A stretch of 13,178 bases of DNA from a bacterium (lineage in GTDB: Bacteria > Krumholzibacteriota > Krumholzibacteriia > G020349025), in the NCBI GenBank assembly GCA_031362565.1, contig JANLSU010000077.1, forward strand, positions 1 through 13,178, read 5' to 3'. Position numbers and translations under genes: made by a program. This document shows positions 1 through 7,012 of this stretch, piece after piece; position 1 is the stretch's first letter; every line of letters begins with the position of its first letter. The notes under the pieces were generated by a model. The model had not been told where the DNA came from. It saw only the letters and a list, made by a program, of their open reading frames with translations, and did not search any database.

Positions 1-232
1 ACCACCCCACCTCCCCCGACCTCCCGACCGGCAACCGATTGCTGGAAGCGTGGGGGTCTTCGGAGGTGTGGGACCCCCGACCGCGTGTTAACGGGCTCGC
101 GCATCTCATATTGCGCGCGAAGCGCGCGGCGCGGCCCGTTCTGTCTGAGTGGGCGGGGGTCCCACACCTCCGAAGACCCCCACGCTTCCAGCAATCGGTT
201 GCCGTTCGGGAGGTCGGGTGAGGTGGGGTGGT
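1..232. repeat. Long nested inverted repeat (REPIN/MITE-like palindrome)
   Basis: 1-79 is the reverse complement of 154-232 at 77/79 positions (mismatches 14/219, 28/205). The spacer holds AACGGGC(90-96)/GCCCGTT(134-140) and GCGCGC-GAA-GCGCGC (113-127). May extend left of the window. Confidence 0.9.
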
Positions 233-281
233 AATGCGAAACGTCGCAGTCGCCCCGTGTGACCGGAGCGACCGCGACGTT
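233..281 (-). terminator. Probable intrinsic terminator of the lipoprotein gene
   Basis: 18-bp stem 240-257/264-281 with a 6-nt loop. Its two mismatches become G-U pairs only on the minus-strand RNA, which ends ...GTTTCGCATT. Lies ~60 nt past the stop at 342. Confidence 0.65.
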
Positions 282-341
282 CGTTCGACGCGCCGTGGAA
301 GGAGGAGAGAGTCCGCGCGCCGCCTGCCCGTTCGATGTGTC

Positions 342-1238
342 TTACAGGGTCGCGCCGCCCACGACTGCCGGAGCCGCAAGACGCACCGTAATGGTCTTGC
401 CCGCCTGCAACACGACCTGCTCACCCTTGGTGACGACCGCAACGCCGGTGCCGACCGCAGCGCCGATGGCCGCGCCCTTCAACACGTCGTGCTTGCCGCT
501 GCCGATGACGCCGCCGAGGACGCCACCCAGCGCCGAGCCGCCGCCGATCTCCGCAGCGGTCTCCTTGCCGTCGCCCGACTGCGCCACGTGCAACGATTCG
601 CAGGTCACGGAGATTGTCTTGCCGTTCGGGAGCACGATTTCGGTGAACCGAATCGTGATCTCGGCGCCGCCTTTGACGCGGCCGGCGGCCTTGACCTGAG
701 TCACGGTGCCGCGCACCGTCGAACCCACCGGCACCACGACCGAACCGTTCACGGAAACGGCTTCCGCAGTCACGAGTTCCACCGGGTCACCAACGTGCGC
801 CTTGTCGGTCGTCACGGTGTTCTGCAACGTCGCGGAAATCGCCGTACCGGATGCAACGGTCACGGTCGCCGGCGTCACCGGCTTGGGCTCGGCAACAACC
901 GGCGTCACGCGCTGGCTCGAAACCGTCACCGGCACGTTGCGCTGAACGTTGACCGGCACACTGCTCTGGGTGCCCACCGGCACGCCGACCTGGCTGGTCA
1001 CCGGCACACCACCCTGAGTGGTCACCGGCACCCCGCCCTGGGTCGCGACCGGAACTTCGCCCTGCACGGTGCCCGGTACCGCGACCGGCACGTCGCTCTG
1101 CACTGTCGTCGTTCCGTCACCCTTGGCGACGTCCGTCTTTTCCACCGGAGCAGATTTCTGCTCACAGGCGATACCGAGCGCCGCGACTACCGCGAGCCCG
1201 AGCACGAACTTGTGACGGTGAAGCACTTGCACGACCAT
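342..1238 (-). CDS. Putative lipoprotein with 8-aa repeat linker and TrbI/VirB10-like beta domain with glycine zipper
   Basis: GGAGGAG SD (1245-1251) 6 nt before ATG 1238 (alternative 1241). Signal HRHKFVLGLAVVAALGIA-C ends in a lipobox-like Cys. C-terminus has SGTAISATL...GDPV...VPVGSTVRGTV...RFTEIVLPNG and GGGSALGGVLGGVIG...GAAIGAAVG. Confidence 0.75.
   Translation of the reverse strand: MVVQVLHRHKFVLGLAVVAALGIACEQKSAPVEKTDVAKGDGTTTVQSDVPVAVPGTVQGEVPVATQGGVPVTTQGGVPVTSQVGVPVGTQSSVPVNVQRNVPVTVSSQRVTPVVAEPKPVTPATVTVASGTAISATLQNTVTTDKAHVGDPVELVTAEAVSVNGSVVVPVGSTVRGTVTQVKAAGRVKGGAEITIRFTEIVLPNGKTISVTCESLHVAQSGDGKETAAEIGGGSALGGVLGGVIGSGKHDVLKGAAIGAAVGTGVAVVTKGEQVVLQAGKTITVRLAAPAVVGGATL
919..1100 (-). 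repeat. Degenerate 24-bp coding tandem repeat (xQxxVPVx)
   Basis: ACCGG core at 928, 952, 976, 1000, 1024, 1048 (24-nt period) and 1084. Protein: VQGEVPVA TQGGVPVT TQGGVPVT SQVGVPVG TQSSVPVN VQRNVPVT. Confidence 0.9.
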
Positions 1239-1342
1239 CATCGACTCCTCCAAGAAAAATCAGTTAGGTGCCTGGCACCGTTCCACGCATGCCGTCGGCC
1301 CGCGGCCAAATTGCCGCATGTAGGTCCAGGCCTTGAACCTAC

Positions 1343-1357
1343 GCAACGTCTATTCCA
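1343..1357 (-). promoter_or_regulatory. Candidate sigma-54 promoter for the lipoprotein gene
   Basis: Minus strand TGGAAT-AGACG-TTGC (GG-N10-GC), ~105 nt upstream of ATG 1238. Confidence 0.4.
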
Positions 1358-1465
1358 CTGCCGCGGAATTGCGCCGAGTACAGTACAATTCCCCTTCGCT
1401 GCCTGCGTCTGGATACAAATTCGTAGCGAAGAGTCCGGCACTCGAGCCTGAATCGAGATCCCTGC

Positions 1466-2362
1466 ATGCGCTTCGCGGGAGAACTTGCGGCCGTTGCGAC
1501 GGCCGCTTGCTGGGGTACGGCGGCAAATTTCTTCGTGAGCGCCGGCCGCCGGCTTGGTTCGGTGCAGCTCAATCGCATCCGCCTGTTGGTTGCGGGCGTG
1601 CTCCTCGCCACGACTCTATGGCTCGTACGCGGCTCGCCCTGGCCTGTCTGGGCATCGCACTCCCAGCTTCTTTTCTTGGGGGCGAGCGGTCTGGCGGGCT
1701 TCGCGATCGGCGACTCGCTCTATTTTCGCGCCCTCGTGATCCTGGGCGCCGGACGTGCGGCACTGCTTCTGTCGTTGGCGCCGCTGTGTACGGCGCTCTT
1801 CGCGCGCTGGGGCCTGGGTGAAACGCTTGGAATTCGCGTCGTGATTGGCATGGGCCTGACACTCGCCGGGCTGGTGACCGTACTCTATGGACGAAGCAAC
1901 GAGTCGCCACCGCATGCGGAAGGCTCCGCGGCTCTTGGCATTTTGTGTGGAGTCCTGGCATCGGTCGGCGCGGGAGCTGGCTACGTTCTGTCCAAGCTTG
2001 GCCTGCGGGGCGGTCTTGATCCGCTCTCCGGAACGCTGATTCGCGTCGCGACCGCCGGAGCCGCGGTCTGGCTCCTGGCGCTGTTCGAACCCCGGCGCCC
2101 GGGCGCGGGAACGATCTTGCGGGACCGCGTGGCGCTCGGCACGACGCTCGGCGGTTCCATCGCCGGACCATTCCTTGGCGTGACCCTGTCGTTGTTCGCC
2201 CTGCAGCACACCAAAGCCGCCGTCGCGTCATCCATTTTCGCTTGTGCGCCGCTCGTCGCGCTGGCGCTCGGCGCTCGCTTTCACCGCGAGCCACTGACGT
2301 TCCGCACGGTGTCCGGAACGCTGGTGACGTTGGCCGGTGTCTTGACGCTGTTTTCACACTGA
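1466..2362 (+). CDS. EamA/DMT family transporter
   Basis: 298 aa, about 10 hydrophobic segments in two repeats. Motifs ATAACWG, GFAIGDSLYFRAL..LGAGRA...LAP, ALQHTKAAVAS...P. Confidence 0.92.
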   Translation: MRFAGELAAVATAACWGTAANFFVSAGRRLGSVQLNRIRLLVAGVLLATTLWLVRGSPWPVWASHSQLLFLGASGLAGFAIGDSLYFRALVILGAGRAALLLSLAPLCTALFARWGLGETLGIRVVIGMGLTLAGLVTVLYGRSNESPPHAEGSAALGILCGVLASVGAGAGYVLSKLGLRGGLDPLSGTLIRVATAGAAVWLLALFEPRRPGAGTILRDRVALGTTLGGSIAGPFLGVTLSLFALQHTKAAVASSIFACAPLVALALGARFHREPLTFRTVSGTLVTLAGVLTLFSH

Positions 2363-2385
2363 AAAGGGGCGCCGACGGCGGAGCC

Positions 2386-2414
2386 TTGAGCCGCTTGCAC
2401 GCATCTCCTATGAT
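2386..2414 (+). promoter_or_regulatory. Sigma-70-like promoter of the kinase (near-leaderless)
   Basis: TTGAGC(2386-2391)-N17-TATGAT(2409-2414), then 8 nt to ATG 2423. Confidence 0.55.
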
Positions 2415-2422
2415 CAAGGGCA

Positions 2423-3754
2423 ATGATCGGACGCACTCTAAAGAACTATGTCGTCGAGGACCAGCTCGGCAAAGGTGGCATGGGCATCGTGTACCGGGCG
2501 CGGGACACGAAGCTCGACCGCCTGGTCGCGCTCAAGGTGCTGCCGCCGGAGCTCATGCGCGACGAGCAGCGCCGCCGCCGCTTCGTGACCGAAGCGCGCG
2601 CTGCCTCCGCCGTCAATCATCCGGCGATCGCGTCGATCTACGAGATCGCCGAGGAAGACGATCTCACCTTCATTGTCATGGAGTTCGTCGACGGGGACAC
2701 GTTGCGCGCCCTCATCGCGCGCGGTGAACTCGACGTGCCGTCCGCCATCGAGGTCGGCATCCAAGTCGCGGATGCGCTCGCCGCGGCGCACGAAGCCCGC
2801 ATCGTGCACCGCGATATCAAATCCGACAACATCATGGTGACCAAGGACGGCCATCCGAAGATTCTCGATTTCGGACTCGCGAAACTGCTCGACCTCGGCC
2901 AAGAAGGCGACACCGAGACGACGCGCGCCGACACGCTCGCCATGACCCAAGCGGGCGTGGTCATGGGCACGGTGGCCTACATGAGCCCAGAGCAAGCGCG
3001 CGGCCTCCCGGCCGACCAGCGTTCGGATATGTTTTCTTTCGGAGTCGTGTTGTACGAGTCCGCGAGCGGCAAGCTGCCCTTCCAGGGCGCCAGTGCTCTC
3101 GACACCATGCATGCCATTGCATTCGGTCAAACGGCACCCATCTCGACGCTCCGGGCCGGCCTGCCCTACTCGTTGCAACGCGTCGTGGATCGTTGCCTGC
3201 AGAAGAAAGCCGCCGACCGCTATCCCTCGATGCGGGATGTGGCCGTCGAACTGAAAACCGTCCGGCGTGAACTCGAAACCGGAGCCACGGGCGGACAGCC
3301 GCTCATGGATCGCGCCCGCCTCTGGGCGCGCGGCCTCACGGCGCGTGGCGGCATCTGGATCGGTATCGCCGGCTTCGCGCTCGGCGCGTTCCTCGTCGGC
3401 ATGGCAACTCAAAAGAAGGACTTTTCGCTCGGGCCATTCTTTGCTCTCGTGTTCTTCGGTTCCGTGTTCTACCGGCGCTTCCGCAACCGCCGGATCGGCA
3501 CCATGGCCAAGTTCGCGAAGCGGGCCGGAAAATTGCCTGAGGTACGGCTGGTTACCGGCCAGGGCACCCAGATCACGGTGATCGTCGAACGGCCCACGGC
3601 CAAGACGTATCTCAAACTGAATTCACTTCTGGCCGCGGCGAACAGCGGCTTGTTCCATGGCGAACCCTTCACGCTGAACGTGCGCGAAAATGTTTCCATA
3701 GAGGAGCGCCAGTCGCTCCTTACGAGCCCGGGGCTCCACTATGCCGCCGAATGA
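2423..3754 (+). CDS. Hanks-type Ser/Thr protein kinase with two TM helices and a small C-terminal domain
   Basis: GKGGMGIVY, VALK, HRDIKSDN, DFG, GTVAYMSPEQ, DMFSFG. Hydrophobic GIWIGIAGFALGAFLVGM and LGPFFALVFFGSVF, followed by YRRFRNRR. Confidence 0.95.
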   Translation: MIGRTLKNYVVEDQLGKGGMGIVYRARDTKLDRLVALKVLPPELMRDEQRRRRFVTEARAASAVNHPAIASIYEIAEEDDLTFIVMEFVDGDTLRALIARGELDVPSAIEVGIQVADALAAAHEARIVHRDIKSDNIMVTKDGHPKILDFGLAKLLDLGQEGDTETTRADTLAMTQAGVVMGTVAYMSPEQARGLPADQRSDMFSFGVVLYESASGKLPFQGASALDTMHAIAFGQTAPISTLRAGLPYSLQRVVDRCLQKKAADRYPSMRDVAVELKTVRRELETGATGGQPLMDRARLWARGLTARGGIWIGIAGFALGAFLVGMATQKKDFSLGPFFALVFFGSVFYRRFRNRRIGTMAKFAKRAGKLPEVRLVTGQGTQITVIVERPTAKTYLKLNSLLAAANSGLFHGEPFTLNVRENVSIEERQSLLTSPGLHYAAE

Positions 3755-4217
3755 GATTCGCCCTGCGACCGCCGCTGACGCGCCCGCACTGACGCGAATC
3801 GCGCTCGCTGCCAAGCGTCACTGGGGCTACCCGGAAGCGTGGCTCCTCGAGTGGACGCCGCTTTTGACCATCACACCCGCGGCGATCGCACAGCACGCGA
3901 CTTGGGTCGCGGAGGTCACTGGCAATCCCGCCGGCTTCGTGATGCTGGTGAACGACCATTCGCTCTGGGCGCTCGAGCATTTGTGGTTGCTCCCGGCGTA
4001 TCACGGCCGCGGGCTCGGGCGGCGTCTCTTCGAGACCGCACTTGCCGCCGCGCATCGTGAGCGGCCGGGCCCGGTGCGGATCGAAGCTGATCCCCAGGCC
4101 GCAGCGTTCTACCAGCACTGCGGCGCGCGCCGAACGGGCAGCATTTCGGTACCGGTTCTCGGCACGCCACGCGAACTTCCCGTTCTCGAAATCGCCTCGG
4201 CTGGGACGGCCGCGTGA
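3741..4217 (+). CDS. GNAT family N-acetyltransferase
   Basis: IRPA start, AKRHWGYP, acetyl-CoA motif LWLLPAYHGRGLGRRL, AAAFYQHCG. Overlaps the kinase end by 14 nt. Confidence 0.92.
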   Translation: MPPNEIRPATAADAPALTRIALAAKRHWGYPEAWLLEWTPLLTITPAAIAQHATWVAEVTGNPAGFVMLVNDHSLWALEHLWLLPAYHGRGLGRRLFETALAAAHRERPGPVRIEADPQAAAFYQHCGARRTGSISVPVLGTPRELPVLEIASAGTAA

Positions 4218-4996
4218 TGCACCATCTCTGCATGTGGGAGTTTCGAGTCCGCACCGGACGGACCGAGGAATTCCTGCAGCACTACGGAGCGGGCGGCAAT
4301 TGGGAGAAGCTTTTCCGCCGCGCTCCCGGCTACATCGGCACCGAACTTCTGCACGACGACGCGGATCCCAGCCGCTTCGTGACCCTGGACCGCTGGACGA
4401 GCCGGGCGGCGCTCGAGGTTTTCCGGCAGCGTTTCGCCGCCGAATACGCGGCGCTCGACCGGCAATGCAGGTCGATTGCCGCGTCGGAGACCGCGCTCGG
4501 CGACTTCGCAGGCAGCGCCACGGCGGCCTTCGAGCGCCGGCGCGGCGAATTCACCATCACGACCGACACGGCGCGTTTCGATTTCGATGCCATTCATGCC
4601 GCCCTCACGGCCTCGTATTGGGCCACCGGCATCCCCCGCGCCCTCGTCGAACTCAGCGTCGCCAATTCGCTCTGTTTCAGCCTCTTCGCCACCGCGCGAC
4701 AGATTGGTTTCGCACGCATGGTGACGGACCGCGCGACATACGCATACTTGGCCGACGTGTATGTTTTAGAAGAGTTTCGCGGCCGCGGTTTGGGAACCTG
4801 GCTCGTGGAGTCCGTGCTGGCGCATCCGGAGTTACAAGGCCTGCGCCGTTTCGCTCTCGTCACCCGCGACGCGCATGCATTGTATGCGCGCTTCGGCTTT
4901 CAGTCGCTCGCGAACCCGATGCGCCACATGGAAATTGCGTACCCCGCCGCGCAGGTCTACCGCGAGCGCGACGCGACTGCCGGTTCCAACGGGTGA
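4214..4996 (+). CDS. ABM (antibiotic biosynthesis monooxygenase-like) domain fused to a GNAT acetyltransferase
   Basis: N-terminus WEFRV...F...YG..G.W..LF..APGYIGTELL...RFVTLDRWTS. C-terminus SYWA.GI...QIGFARMVTD...YLADVYVLEEFRGRGLG...LYARFGF. Start GTG 4214 or ATG 4217 overlaps the upstream TGA. Confidence 0.88.
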   Translation: MMHHLCMWEFRVRTGRTEEFLQHYGAGGNWEKLFRRAPGYIGTELLHDDADPSRFVTLDRWTSRAALEVFRQRFAAEYAALDRQCRSIAASETALGDFAGSATAAFERRRGEFTITTDTARFDFDAIHAALTASYWATGIPRALVELSVANSLCFSLFATARQIGFARMVTDRATYAYLADVYVLEEFRGRGLGTWLVESVLAHPELQGLRRFALVTRDAHALYARFGFQSLANPMRHMEIAYPAAQVYRERDATAGSNG

Positions 4997-6930
4997 CGTG
5001 AGCCTTGCGTTTGATGTTGCCACGCCGGCAGCGAAAACGCGAACACCGAGCCATGCCCTGGAACACTCTCCACCCAAAGGGCTCCACCGTGCTGCACCAC
5101 GATGCTACCGGCAATCGACAGGCCGAGGCCGGTGCCCTGCGGCTTGCTCGTCAGGATGTTGCCGACTTGCGCAAACTTGTCGAAGATGCGCGCCTGATCT
5201 TCGAGAGCGATACCGACGCCTTGGTCGACGATCGCGAACACCACATAGTCGCCGGTTTCCGGCGCCGTACTGCGCTGGCCGATGAACCCGTTGCGGTTGT
5301 CAATCGCACTCCAGCGCTCCGGAGCGCGGCGCGCCTCGATCGTGATCGTCGTACCCGGCGCGCTGAACTTGATGGCATTGTTGAGGAGATTCCCCAGAAC
5401 CTGGCGGACGCGATCGCCGTCGGCGAGCACGAACGGCATGTTCTCCGGGCTGCTTCCCTGCAGCGTGATGCCCTTTTGCTCCGCTGCCGTCGAATGATTC
5501 TCGAGTCCCGCTTTGACGATCGCGGCCGGACTCATGGGGGCAATGTCACAGACGATTTCGCCCGCTTCGAGGCGGCTCATATCCAGAATGTCACTGATGA
5601 TGCGATCCAAGCGCCGGGCCTGGGCGTTCATCGTCGCCGCGAAATCGTGTTGCTGCCCCAGGCTGAGCGGCGAGGATTCCTCGCCGAGAATCTCCGTGAA
5701 CCCAAGCAGCGTCGTCAGCGGAGTGCGCAATTCATGGCTGACGTTGCTCAGGAAAGCGTTCTTGACTCGGAGAGCGCTCTCCGAACGCCGAAGTGCGCTC
5801 TCGAGCTTGCCGCGTGACTGGGCGATTTCGCTGGTCATCGCATTGAACGACCGCGCCAAGTTTCGAAAATCGGGGTCGCCGCCCTCCGGAACCGTGACGT
5901 CGAGTTCGCCTTGCGCGAATCGGCGCGTGCTCTCCGTCAGCCGCCGGATTGGCGTCGTGATACTGCGGGCAATCACCAGCGAGAGCAAAGCGGAAATAAA
6001 GAGGGCCAGGAGCGTCGTTATGGCGACACTGCGCTCGAACCACCGCATGACGGCAAACGCGTCGGAGGATTGGTGCATGGCGAGAACACACCAGGACTCG
6101 GTGCCGCGCACGCCGTCAAGGCGTGCCGACTCCGCGGTTGCCAGATATTCCTTCCCGGACTGCACTTGGGCCCGGACTACCTTTTCGAAGGCTTGATCGA
6201 CGACACGTGGTGTCGTAGCGCCAAGAATGGCGGCCAACTCGCGGCGTCCAGCGAGCACCTGTCCAGACCGGTCGGTGAGAACTGCGAACGCGGTACCTTC
6301 GTCCTGGCTCCGGCCATCGATTTTCGCGCCGCTCATTTCGGCCTCGATGATTTTCCAGCTCAGGAATGCCACGAGCCACCCACGGTGGGTATGGTCGGAG
6401 CTCGAAACGATCGGCTGTACGACCGCGATCCGCGGGTGGCCTTCCGCGTCGTTGACGACCGCGTTGGTGAATTCGGCGTTGGCGGCGAGCGGCGGTACGA
6501 GCCCCAGAACAGCGGAGCTGCGGCCGATGTTGCGCGCCTCGGTAGAAGCGACAATCTCGGGCCCAAGACCTAGGACCGCGATTTCATCGTAGCGTCCCGC
6601 ATACTGCTGGTTGACGCGCAACAGCAACTGCTCGATGCGCACTGCCCCGGCGCGCGTCTGAACGTCCTCGAGCGGCTCGAGCCGCGCCAGCACCGTGATG
6701 TCGGAGAGGGCGTCGGTATACTCGCGGTGCAGAGACTGCGTGGCGTCTGCCGCCGCCTGGTGCAGGTCCCGTTGTGCCGTCGCCTCGAACCATCGGGTGC
6801 CGGTATGAACCGCGACGCCGGCAGCGACCACAGCAAACACCACGAAAACGCTCACCGTAGAGACCGCCAGGCGGCCGGCGAGACTGCGTGGAACAAGTGA
6901 TCGCATTGTGTAGGTCCCGACGTCCTTCAT
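4957..6930 (-). CDS. Membrane sensor histidine kinase (extracytoplasmic sensor, HAMP, HisKA, HATPase)
   Basis: Two TM segments, HAMP (PIRRLTESTRRFAQGEL), H-box SHELRTPL, N-box NLLNNAIKFS, DQGVGI, IFDKF, GTGLGL. Start is ATG 6930 or 6906; the track's GTG 6978 abuts the sigma-54 -12 box. 3' end overlaps the convergent ABM-GNAT gene by 40 nt. Confidence 0.93.
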   Translation of the reverse strand: MKDVGTYTMRSLVPRSLAGRLAVSTVSVFVVFAVVAAGVAVHTGTRWFEATAQRDLHQAAADATQSLHREYTDALSDITVLARLEPLEDVQTRAGAVRIEQLLLRVNQQYAGRYDEIAVLGLGPEIVASTEARNIGRSSAVLGLVPPLAANAEFTNAVVNDAEGHPRIAVVQPIVSSSDHTHRGWLVAFLSWKIIEAEMSGAKIDGRSQDEGTAFAVLTDRSGQVLAGRRELAAILGATTPRVVDQAFEKVVRAQVQSGKEYLATAESARLDGVRGTESWCVLAMHQSSDAFAVMRWFERSVAITTLLALFISALLSLVIARSITTPIRRLTESTRRFAQGELDVTVPEGGDPDFRNLARSFNAMTSEIAQSRGKLESALRRSESALRVKNAFLSNVSHELRTPLTTLLGFTEILGEESSPLSLGQQHDFAATMNAQARRLDRIISDILDMSRLEAGEIVCDIAPMSPAAIVKAGLENHSTAAEQKGITLQGSSPENMPFVLADGDRVRQVLGNLLNNAIKFSAPGTTITIEARRAPERWSAIDNRNGFIGQRSTAPETGDYVVFAIVDQGVGIALEDQARIFDKFAQVGNILTSKPQGTGLGLSIAGSIVVQHGGALWVESVPGHGSVFAFSLPAWQHQTQGSRHPLEPAVASRSR

Positions 6931-6978
6931 CTGCACGAACCGTTGGCCGGCAAGGAACCGAAGTGAGATTTTTGTCAC

Positions 6979-6993
6979 GCAACGCGTGTGCCA
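6979..6993 (-). promoter_or_regulatory. Sigma-54 (-24/-12) promoter of the histidine kinase
   Basis: Minus strand TGGCAC-ACGCG-TTGC, an exact TGGCAC-N5-TTGC match in the short intergenic gap. Confidence 0.7.
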
Positions 6994-7012
6994 TGCCTGA
7001 TAAGGTACCGTA

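Noticed and set aside
84..146. Integron attC site (AAC...GTT stem with a GCGAAGC hairpin)
   Set aside because: Ends are TGTTAAC and GTTCTGT, not RYYYAAC/GTTRRRY. No cassette array or integrase is present.
919..1100. CRISPR array
   Set aside because: The 24-nt period is in frame within a gene, degenerate, has no unique spacers, and no cas genes are present.
228..1451. 407-aa plus-strand ORF
   Set aside because: Arg/His-rich antisense shadow of the lipoprotein with no motifs.
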